Origin: Marsupella aquatica | Lineage: Eukaryota; Plantae; Marchantiophyta | Direction: 5' to 3' | Length of the DNA stretch: 64,000 bases | Assembly (NCBI GenBank): GCA_973895155.1 | Contig: OZ316893.1 | Location: forward strand, 16,150,645 to 16,214,644 | Part shown: positions 1 through 11,576 of the stretch, one piece after another | Position numbering within the stretch: the first letter of the stretch is position 1 | Layout: the number at the start of each line of letters is the position of its first letter | Notes under the pieces: model-generated | Seen by the model: the letters and a program-made list of their open reading frames with translations, nothing else | What the model was told of the DNA's origin: nothing | Database searches by the model: none | Translations under genes and position numbers: made by a program

Positions 1-867
1 CCTGGATCAGAACATGCCTTGTGCCCCGTGCTCCGACGGTGGAGTGGGTGGGTGAACAGAAGACCTCAAGACCGTTGCAATTTACAGGAACCGTTAGCGC
101 TGCATTGCCGCATCTTTCAGCTGATTTTAACCGCTAGTTCCCTTGCTTTTCCTTGTTTTCGCTAAGATCCCTCCCCACTAATCACCTGCATCCTTTTCTT
201 TACTCGGGGGGGGACCACAGCCTCCAGCCATACCGGGTGGCGGGCCTGGTCAAGACGGTGGTCGGTAACAGATGAGGCTCGTTTGCTTTTTTCTCTTTTG
301 TTTCCCAAGCTGGGCAGGGCAGCGGGCAGCCACCTTGACCAAAGTTGGCCGAATGCTTGCTGGATGCCCTGCCCGACACTCGCCCCGGTGATACCGCTTA
401 TCAGTTACCGTATCGGTTTCTCAACACATTACCTGTTGGCCCGTCCGTGATGGAAGGGCGTGGATGTCCCTCTCATCAGGGACTCTTTTACTAATAATCT
501 ACTTAATATCTATCATGAGTGATGAGCTCTGCAGTGAACTTGTCCGACAGTGTAAACTACTGTTAAAATCTACCCCTCGACACCTTTTCCAAATGAAGAA
601 ATTGTTACCATGGCTATCATTCTTTCGATTCGATCGTAATAAAGACTACCGACTATCAATACCAGACCGTATACTGCCCAAGCATTGTTGGACTACCGCA
701 ACAGGAAATACGGAGGCACAAATCCTGTTAACCGTACATAAGTGAGGTACTTACAGTCTACGTGATCAACAAGGACCTTTATGGTGGCGAGGGGACAGTG
801 CTACGTCTATGCTTGGGAAGCTCGATGCCCGTTCCTCAGTTCGAAGTCGCGCGCGTCACTACGTTGT

Positions 868-913
868 GTGTAAGGTAGCAGAGCTCCTAAGTGTAAGGTA
901 GCAGAGCTCCTAA
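868..913. repeat. Perfect 23-bp tandem duplication
   Basis: gtgtaaggtagcagagctcctaa x2. Confidence 0.9.
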
Positions 914-2553
914 GTGGGACTCGGTCCGAATTAATGCTCGAGTGCCTTTCATTTTGAACAACTCCAAAAACACAAGGACTTTAGGTAGCTTTGATGGTGT
1001 AACTTTAGTGTCAACAAGTGCATTCTGCTATCTGCACTATTCTCTCGACAGTTTCTCCTCGTAAGCACTTTCCAAGTACAAACAATTTGTTTGGGTAAGG
1101 CTTAGAGTCTGCTCAACACAACACTGATGAACTTTATTAGTGAGCCACCGCAATCAACACTACTTGCAGTTACATAAGTTCATACATAAGTTCACACCCA
1201 GTTCTTGCTTGGAATTTGTTTAAAGAGCCTCATGCCCAATGGTGTTTGATTTTAAAGGTTGAATAGAGGGAACCAAACCAAAGCACCAAACCCCACACCA
1301 TCAGGGTAAGTGGTTGTAGAGTTTTAAAATGTTTCAGTTGATGGAGCAGGACCAAAACGAATGTTTCCATATATGCAAACGGGACATGCACTATTTCCAC
1401 ATATGGAAGGGGCCTGAGTTACTAAAAGTGCACAACTTGAGAGACAATCTGTTTCAAGAAAAACTGAACAAAGAGAATGTGTGTTGTGTTTTTTTACTAG
1501 ATTAAGTTGAAGGGTGCATCATGAACTCAAAACAGATGATTACAAAACAAGTGCTACCACATTTTGAGTAGTAAGAGCAATGAAGAGAAGAAGTACACTT
1601 GACACCTGGACTAAAGGTAGAATTGCTATTGGCATTGATTGGATTTGAAATAGTGGATAATGTAGTTGACAGAACGTGCCAAACCCTGAGTAGTATGCAG
1701 ACATTGAAAGCAGCTGCAGTAGGTTGTTTTAGGAACGCTCTCAGGAACATTAGACTGTTATTTCAAGAAAGCTGAATCTTAGAATCTGAAGGAATGCTGA
1801 TTGGAGACTCAATTGCTACACAGAAATAGACCTGGTAAGTGAAAGAACTCAAAGCTCAATTGATGATGCGGAGGTTTGTATTTCCCCGTTTCAGGCGTCC
1901 AACACCTTTTCTGTGTGTAAATGGAAGTCTCAAGGCTGCACGTTTGGGATGTTTGTTTCTTGGATTTGTTAAATTGCAATTTATTCCACATGAACCTTGT
2001 GGATGGGGAAAACCAGCAGTCCATCAAAGCGTGTTAGAGTAAACGACCAAAAAGCCACAAAGAGAGAACAAGTAAACCCCTGATGAGCATAGTAGCCCTG
2101 CCACACATACATATCATGCCAAACCACATCACACTGTGCTGACTCTTAAATCATAAATCCTCACTAATCGGGTCACTAATCAACAAAGTGCTAACACTAT
2201 ATAGGAGCCTGCAGTGCCTTAATTATACAGAGCAATCTAACTAGCATCAACTGCATAGTCTATTTGTGGGTCAACAAAGGGCTGCTATATCACTGGACAG
2301 TAATCCTGGCCTGTGGAATATAGAAAATTATCATGAAGCTGCTATATCGTGAATCCACCTTTCAGATTTTGTGTCCAGTATTTTGATTTTAATGTGTCTT
2401 AACAAGGTGAATCATTTGTTTTAAGTTGATTTTGAATTAACTTTTGGAGCCCTTTAATTTTAGTGAACTTAGAGTACTTTGAATGTATTTGGCTCCCCTC
2501 ATAAGTATTTGATCTTTCATTTTGAATCACTCCTTAGTGAATTCTCTTTTTTT

Positions 2554-3380
2554 CACGAGAGTGAGAGAAATGAATTTGAACAATGTGCACATCTAGTGTA
2601 CTAAGTTCCCCTTGTGGTTTACTTTACAAAATATATGGTTTTAATTGAGTTGGACTGTCAGTACCTAGAAGCAAGTGAAATCTGTACAATCTACTGTGTC
2701 TAAGTGCAGCTTGTATAACTGCAGGGTGGTCGTGTCATCCCTCAATATTACAGCAAATTCCTTTGTTAAATGCACCAAAAAATGAACCTTTTGTAAGTGC
2801 AGGTTCTCTGTCACTAAACAACAAATACATAAGGGCATTTTCTGTCTATAAGAGTACAGATGCATTAATCAATGACAGCAACACATATGTTAGAAGCATT
2901 TATTGATAAGTGCAACAAACAACTACACATTGTAGTTTCATGCACTTATTCAGTTCAATTGTGCACTATGAGTATTTTGGGTATGAGAAGTCTATGTATA
3001 TGACCTGAGAAGACATTTGTGAAAGTGCATTAGTGATTTCATAGGCACTTATTGGAAAATGCAACAGACACATATGGAGAAGTGCAACACGCACTTATGA
3101 TGAAGTGCATAACGTGGATAACTGCAGGCTTGGGGTGTCTTCCCAGGAGCCTGCACTTGGACACCATAGACAGTATTGTATGTGCACTATTTAATTATAC
3201 CTTTGTACTTTCTTGGTCACAATGTGCTTTTCTTTGCATGTGTACTTATGATTTTGTGTGTTATATCACTCACTATTAATTAACATGTATCTACTTCTTT
3301 TATCATAAAGTTAATTAAATGAATTACATATTACTACAAGACAAAAAAAGAGGCATGTTCCGGGATGAAGATGCTATATA
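2554..3380. repeat. Dispersed repeat, homologous to 63204-63640
   Basis: Shared blocks gagagtgagagaaatga.tttgaacaatgtgcacatcta.tgtactaagttccccttgtggttt and ctttgtactttcttggtca...aggcatgttcc.ggatgaa. Confidence 0.8.
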
Positions 3381-6300
3381 CTGTCACTAGCCAGTAATCC
3401 TGGCCTGTGGAGTGTATAAAATGGAAACAATAATTCTCCTAGTTATATTGTTTAGTGTTTAGGGTATTGGACCTCGTCCATACTACAGTAGAAGATTCAA
3501 GCCCGCCTGTGCGAGGAGATCAAATGGGTCATCCCTGCATATATGATTGGCCTTCTGAGTTCCATTGTACTAGCCTTACCATCAAATTAATGAGTTCAAT
3601 GTATGATCTCAGTCAAGTCTAGCATGGTCTCAATATGTCTAATGCTATAGGAGACTCCCAGGAAAACTACTGAAAGTACTGTTGTTAGTGGACACTTTGG
3701 GGGAAGGTGCAAATTATCATTCGGCTCTCTCCCATGTGTCATATCTTTTCCACCAGGCAAGGTTTGTGCCAAATATTAGACATTTCTCCATTGACTATGG
3801 TACAGAACAAATTTGCATGTGGCCAATAAATTTGGTAGCATTGGAAAACAACATCCTTTACACCCATAGTGCTGATGCATTCATTCATTCATTTAGCCAG
3901 CCCGTCTGTATTTTCCAGTCACAGTAATTATAGTCTATTTCAATCCCGGTGACTCTTTTTTATTGCCTACAGTAGTCATAATAGCAAGTGCCTCTAAATC
4001 ACTTTAAAAAACCTGCAGCTCTAGCACACTATTAGGCCAACACTCTGGGTTTGACCACCAAGTTGCCGTGACCATTAAGGAAAGTTCTTGTAGTGGCTCA
4101 TATAAGGGACTGAACAACTCTTACAAAACTATAATCGGGTCTCTTCCTTCAGGTTAATGCAAGAGCATATTCGAAGGAGACATCCCCTACAGTAAGTCCA
4201 AAATCCACTACAAAGATTGTGTGACTGGCCTTTTGATTGTAGTTCTAGGTCCCTTGACTTTGGGTTCTCAGAATTGGCCCTAAATTTTCACCTCCCCTAG
4301 AGATTCTAAACCAACTCCAAAATGTTCAGTTAGCTCTTGGATTCTAGTTCCCATAGAATTTGGCTTCTGAGACTTGGCCCTCAATTCCCAGCTCCTCTAC
4401 AAATTATAAACCAACTCCAAGACTTGGCCCTCAATTCCCAGCTCCCCTAGAGATCATAAACAGAGTCCATAAAGTGTGGGTTGGCTCTTGAACTCTATTG
4501 TAGATTCTGGCTCTTCAATTATAGTTCCCAAGATTTTAGAACTCCCTGAGCCTCCTAACTCATCCTTTAAGAATTATTGCTCCCTAATCTGTGGGATTAC
4601 TGAATTGACCCTCGATTACCAACTTTCTTACTTTCTCTGTAGACCAAATTCCATCTCAATCACAACCGAAGCTTAAATTTTCTGAACTGATCCTATTATA
4701 ATGCTTGCTATCTAATCTGTGGATTTCTAAATTGGCCCTCGATTCGGCTATTTTCTTGGTAGACTGAATTTCACCACAGACCACAAAGCAGTAAAACCGG
4801 CAACTGGCCTCCATTGCTCAAACAGATTCCTTCTCATGAAAAACTTGACCGATCTCCACAAACAGACTATAAACTAAAACTAAAGCCAAAGCCAATCATC
4901 TTTATCCAATGATGTAACTCACTGTAGGAAATCACAAAACAGCTGCGAAGCTTTGGGGAATCTGGCCTCTCATCTTGCCAATCGGTGCAGAAAAGTGTCA
5001 ACTGGATCACGTCGCACATCTGATTGCTTGACCAATTGATTGAAGATAGCAACGTTTAGGAAGAGGAGTAGAGCAAGTTCAAGCTCACAACTCTCTCTCG
5101 TGAGCAATAGTAAGTCTAGAGAAACAAGGACAAAGGAGTGACGCGGGGACTAGAGATGACATTTGGGTAGTTGTTTAACTACCATTCTTTTTTACGTAAT
5201 TACAATTTCATTGTTACACATTTTACTTTAATGAAAATTAATTATTTTACTTTCCTGAAAATAGCAAAAGTAACAAAAGCGGTCATGTGTTAAAAAATAT
5301 TCATCTTGCTCTTGGTGTTTTTGTTATCTATGCCCTGTTTTTACAGTGTGACGACCAGGAATTTTGTCTAAAATTTGACGCAAACAAGAAGGTGACAATT
5401 GTTTTGATTCCCAACAGAGAGTAATTATGTTTGTTGCGTGCCAGATGATGTGGCATGCTGTGATGCGTGGAATTTTGGCAAGGACCCCTTCTGGGGTACG
5501 TAAATAGTGCCATGGATAATCACCGGGGGTGACCTTGCTTTCTCTATGGCAAACTACTCGTTGCTCACATTTTACAAACCCTCCATAAGGTGCATCCTGA
5601 AAAGTTCTGAGATTAATAATGTTTTGCTATTGCAATACAAGCCTATGTTTCGCACGAGGAAGGGCTGTGCCGGTACCTTTGGTTTCCCTATTTTCAAATT
5701 TCAAATTTAGTCAACACTGAGGAATCATTGGATGGGAATGGCCTTGCAACCAGGAGGTAAACCAAAAGCCCCACAAATGGAAAGATTGGGGTAAAGACTA
5801 AAGCTTAAATCACCGAAAGTTAAAAGTGAATGGAGACGGAGAGAAGACAGACTTCATAATAATAGAGCATGGAAAAGTGAAGCATCAGTCCAAAATTGAC
5901 CAAAAGGAACAGCACTATGTCAGGTCCCATAAGATTTCGTCTATAGGTCAAAAAGTAGAAAGAATGGGAATTTAACCGGCGCTAATCCAGTTGATTACTG
6001 CTAGGAGGATCTCTGAATCTGCATCTATCCTCATCCTTCATTCCCACAACATCGGGCACGTCAAGTGGCTCCGTTGATGTTGGCAAAGTACAGTAGTGCA
6101 GGCGTTGTTCTTGTCTCACCGTTAAAAACATCTAGAAAGTTAATTGAGGACACTAAATAGATCTTGTCATGTGGAACCAGTTGAGAGAACCCGGAGAGTC
6201 CGCCTGTTAGCACACGACTTAGATATTTTGTTTTAGATGACGAGAAAGCTGGTACACGTCTCCCAATGATAGCATTCTATGCTTGTAAGCTTGCGGTCAG

Positions 6301-6450
6301 GGATCCAAGTTGCATAGCTCCCATAACTTGGTGTTGTCTCCAAAACCAAAAATAATAATTTTCATTTTCTAATAACCAAATCCCCTTTGATCATGGACCT
6401 AATTTTTAGAAAGTAAAGCCCATATCCACCATGTTTGACAGAGTCTCCAT

Positions 6451-6909
6451 TAGGGCGTCTCAAAGCTTGGCTTTAACAAGATAAAGTCCTCAGATAACTC
6501 AAGTATTATGAGAACCCTCACAAAAGTTATGGGAGCAGATATTCGGCTACCATAAGGAAAGCCCACGAGCTCAACACTTAACCCGTAACTTCCCCGCAAC
6601 TTTAGGCGCAAATCCGGAAATCCAGAAAATCCAAGACTCAAAAACTCCGGAAAACTGCAACTGAAGGCACGTGGGATTTGCTCCTGCCCTGGTGATCGCT
6701 GTTGCGTTTGAGGCGGTGGCTGATCAGGAATGGAGGAAAAAAGAATATGTGCTATGAGACAGGTGAGGCTGTAACTCCTGCCTTATGAGGTGGGTCAATG
6801 CTACCTCCCCCCATTTAAAAAAAAATTATAACAGGGTCCCATAACCAGAGTTATGGGATATACCACAAATTCGTAAATTTCACTAATGACCCAGCTTTGA
6901 GACGCCCTA
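6451..6909. mobile_element. MITE with 17-bp terminal inverted repeats
   Basis: tagggcgtctcaaagct (6451-6467) / agctttgagacgcccta (6893-6909); no 8-bp TSD, possibly a TA duplication; superfamily unresolved. Confidence 0.75.
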
Positions 6910-9900
6910 GTGTATCACATTTTGATGGTCCATGGGAGTTTTGGGCTTTTACAACTTGATGAGTATGAGTCTTAGAACAACTTTTAGTTTTCCAAAGAAA
7001 GACATAAAAAACACAAGCACTGGTATTTCATATTAACACAATGTAAATTAAGCTAATATAACTTGCCCCTCCGCATTCCATGATGAATAACTCAACCAAA
7101 ATGGCTAGAAATTCACTATCACTTTGATGGAAGTGTAGCTTACCTCCTCTAGCACATCTTCAAAACTTACAAATATTGGATTTACAAGCATAAAGTTATT
7201 ACATGTAAATTCAAATTTTGGGACATGTGGTCCACTGGGGTTTCAGGGTTTAGGGTAATTTTTAGAGAGGGTTTAGAGTAATTTTCTACTATATTAATGT
7301 GACATAGATCATACACTAGAATTACCCTATCCGGCCAAAAACATACACCTTTTGTTTACAAAATCACAAAAAAATGGGAGCCAATCTTGGCCCTTCGTAA
7401 AAAAAACTTTGGCACAGTCAGATCCATCCTTACACCTCTTCTCCTGCCCAAGATTAAAAAATATCCTTGGGCAGGCTTAGGGGTGTAAGGATATCTTGGG
7501 CAGGCAAGATGAACAATGAGTCACAACATTTGAACCCAAGAACTACAAGTCACTACTCAATTGAGCTACCACAGAGCTCAGCACACTTTTCTAAATAACA
7601 CTGAACTCAGCCCAAGTGGAGAGCTATTTACACTAAATAAATAAATATTCCAGGTACCCATAACTGTAAGTGAGTGTCAAGCACATGTACACACTGCAGT
7701 TTTCCAGGTTTCTATGGAAAAAGGAACTCAGTGTGTTGGGATAATTTGTGTGACATTCAGTTTCATAGTGTCACCTATCTCTGCCCTTGCTTGTCTATTC
7801 TCTCGCAGACATTTTGTAAGTGCTTGAATCAATCCAATTTGCTGTTCACACCCCCACTTGTCTTGCCCCTGAAAAAACTGCTTGGTGGAAACTCTACAAT
7901 GATGCTCTCAAAACTATGCATGAGTAAACCACTCTCAAAATCCAGTTCTCTCAAGCAATGTCAACACTTGATGCTTAGCAAATGTGAGCCAACAGCACAG
8001 GAATCTAGACTTGAGTTCTTCCAATCCAATGCCCGTGGTCTTGTGAGCAAATTAAACATGTATAAGGAGAGATTGTCCATTTTGAGATAGCCTATAAATG
8101 AATTTGAAATGGGAATGGTGATTGCACAAGACCTATCTATAAATGCCATGAAGTTTTTGAATGTGCAACTTTAGCAAAAACTATCAAATGGAAAGCTATT
8201 TGTAAACTTTGACCAGACAGGACTGGAGCCTCTTATTAATTTACACTACAGGAAACAATTGAGCAAGAAATGTATTTCTGAAATAACAACTTCTAGTGAA
8301 TTATTTTTCCACCTCTAAATAGTAAATTGCTCTAATTTAGAGAGGGGCAACCTATGACCTAAGTCAATGGAGCCCCTCAACTAGTAGTGCGGCTGGTCTG
8401 CTTGGGTGGGGTTTCCGTTCTTTCTGAAAGATAATTGAATTAAGAAAATATCAAGCTTTAAATCAAACTTTCTTTCAAAAATAAAGACCAAATACGCACC
8501 TCTTGGTCTATGGTTCATATATTAACTATGGTATTCTGTGAATTGTTCCATAGATGAAATTCTTGTGTCTAGATTTGTGGCGCAAAATCTTGCTGGAGAG
8601 TTTGTGGTTGAAAGGATCAATAGTCCAGGTGCCCAAACTGGTCCACAAGAGCATTAAGTCTGGTGATCTGGTCTGTAAACCCCTCATGTGCTGCAGTTTT
8701 CTCTTTTTATTTATATGGATGGATAGTTATGAGCCTGGGGGTTATGAGATTTGAGCCTCTTGCTACCTGACCTGGAGGGGATTGTCCAAATATTAGACGC
8801 TATTGCAAAAATAAATAAAGCAAAACAACACTTGGGGTACACTTTAATTCATGGTCATTCCCATCCCACCGCCCCTTGGACCATATGCCCCTAAGCATAA
8901 ACTTGAGCAATTAGCGCAGTTGAGCACTCTCGAGTTCTACAGTACAGAGGATACCGTTTACAAGGCGAAACGGATTTAGTTGGATTGAGTGATGAGTGAG
9001 AATCCGTAATCGGGACGGTGAAAGCTATGTTTGCCCAACAGCCAACTTTGACCTACGGCAGCTTTAGGAGGGAAATCACCCCGCTACGGCGTAGATCTGG
9101 GAACTAAGATCAAGCGACAAGCTCCGATGTCCCTTATTCTAAAACATAGCATACAAGTACGGCGCCGTCAAACTGTCCGTGACAAGCTCCAAATGAATGC
9201 AAGGAGAAAGATAGCTTTGTGACCGAGTCCCTTCATACAGAGCAAGTTCTCCAGTAGGTTTCGTTTATATGCTTCATAGATAGTTTAGAGTTTGAAAGGA
9301 ATTCCAACGCATAAAGGACTGCGTCCAATCCGGGAAGTTGAGCAGTGCTCTAACTTACGTAAAGCTTCACCGCTTCTTCCGGTACAAGTGAAAGTTATTT
9401 CCTACATTTTCATGTCTAGAATGTGCCATCTGGAGATGGTGTGTAGATAACTGAGAAGATGGGACGGTTCTTTAATGATAGAAGAAATTCAACAAAACGC
9501 CTGAACGCCGGAGATCCCAAGGAATGACGAATTTACACAGAGATTGGCAGCCAACTTGTGCTGGAAATGTGATCTTCCAGACACATCAATAACTATCTGG
9601 CCAGAGAACAAGCTCTACCGGTAATCACATATCAATATGTTCTAACATACAGTGTGCACTCATTGATTTAAAGAAAGTAATGAAATTTATCATAATATGG
9701 AATGATGTCGTACACTACATATGTCATATTTTGTGTGAGCCGCGAGAAGCACCATGACAGACTGAGAGATCAAGATGTACTGCACTTGATGACTTGTGAT
9801 CTTGGTAGCAGATTAGACCCAGGAATTAGAACATCCGGGAACAAGAAATATCCTTCACCCTTTGATCAAATTCAAGTGTACTGTAGCGGAAATTGTGAAG

Positions 9901-10875
9901 CATTGGTCGGTTCTGCTCATGTGATCTTTTCGGTGCAGAGTTGGGCAAGAGATTGGAGACCATTTTGGAACCTGTGCTCGGATTGAATTTGATTGGACTG
10001 TAGTGTTTAAGAGATTGCTCTATTATTCAAGTGATTCCCGAACTGGAGGCCAGAGGACACTTGACCAAACGCCAGAGGACACTTGACCAAACTAGGTGTG
10101 AAGGAGAGGTAAGAAAATTTACTGTCCTGTTGACCCGATCACACAGGGATATAGTTTCTCTGATTCGGCCCAATCTGATGGGCTGTGTACTTGTGTTCCG
10201 TCCCTCATTGGGGTTTCTTAAGGGCCAACTCGCATGTGATCATGGGGCCCTTTGTGCCCCAAATACTTTCCAAAAAATGTAGCATTTCTATGATCAGACA
10301 ATCAACTAATCCCCCCACCCCCCCCCCCCCAAAAAAAAATTTTAATTAATTCCTAAGTTGACCCCTTTTCTTGAATATTGGTTACTCTAACTCCTCTACT
10401 TAACCCGAGGTCGTTCCACATTGGTTGCCTGCTACATGGCAAGGTGCTATTTGCACGCAGAACCCTGGTTGGTATTACCCTAACCTGGGCTGACTCATTC
10501 CTATTTTTACAATTGAGGGAATACCAGGCTGACTCCCTCTCATTGTGCTAAGGCAGCCCAACCCAGCTTCCTCCCCCCCTGACTTACCCGCAAAGGCAGG
10601 CCTGACGACAGGACTACCCCTGCCTTCCCTTTGCCATGTACTCCCTAAATTAGTAAATTGTCATCAAGGGAGTGAGTCGGCCTGGTTTACGGTAGAATCA
10701 GGCTTCCATGAATGGAGGTAAATGAATATTTTACATTACATATATACATGTGTCTTTAATGTCAATGTGATTTACATCCAATATTTTAGGTAAACATTAT
10801 TGATGAGGTGTCATAAAAAGGACATCAAAGTGATATAAACATTTGCACTAATTTGTCCTACATTAAATAAATATC

Positions 10876-11072
10876 TGTTGTAATAGACAACTAAAGGAAC
10901 GCTCAAAGATACTCCAACAAGATAGATCCATTACTATTGATGAGGGGATATATATATCCCCTTGGTTACATGGTAGGCAAATGCCCTTATACTGGTCCTA
11001 TGGTTAGGAGTTCTCATACTATGGTTAAGGGTTCTCGCCCTATGGTTAAGGGGTAAACTAGGGTTTACAACA
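10876..11072 (-). repeat. 3' LTR of copy A (197 bp)
   Basis: tgttgtaatag...tttacaaca; identical to 16550-16746. Confidence 0.97.
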
Positions 11073-11082
11073 CTCCCCCTTG
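11073..11082 (-). promoter_or_regulatory. Polypurine tract (AAGGGGGAG) of copy A
   Basis: ctcccccttg directly inside the 3' LTR. Confidence 0.9.
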
Positions 11083-11576
11083 GTTAGTTTATGGAGGAGC
11101 ATAAAGTAACCACATCTCTTGAACCTAGGGTATAATCCGGTTTAGGGGTCCACCTGTGTGATGTAGCCTCATTAAAACCTCGCCGCTTTCTTCTCGAGGA
11201 AAGAGTGCTACCATCACTTATATAGGTGGTTTCCCATATCTAATGTCCTGGTTAAGCCTTTTTGCCATGTCTTAGTTAGTGTTAATCGTATGTGCTAAGT
11301 GGGGTTATGTGAATGTTCCTAATGGGTGTCTAGTCTCCCCCTCAGCTCGTTGCCTGGTGTGCGCCTCGTGTTGTTCTTCATGTCGTTTTGCGTATTGCGC
11401 TTCGCTTCGTGTTGTGCTTTGGGTTAGTGAGGCCAAGTCGGGCGTTTTTGCGTTGGTTTGCGTTGTTTCACGTCGGGGATGTGGTGTGGCGCTCGCCGAG
11501 TGTGGTGGTCGGGCATCTGGAGGCGGCTTCATCGGGCGACAGCTTCGTCGTTGGGTAATCCTTTCGAGCTTCAGTG

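Noticed and set aside
7426-7506. Short hairpin atccttacacc...cctgcccaag/cttgggcagg...ggtgtaaggat as a miRNA precursor
   Set aside because: More likely a MITE remnant; no expression evidence.
5700-9990. Scattered exon-like segments of a host gene
   Set aside because: Some splice-like signals, but no recognisable protein or consistent frame could be assembled.
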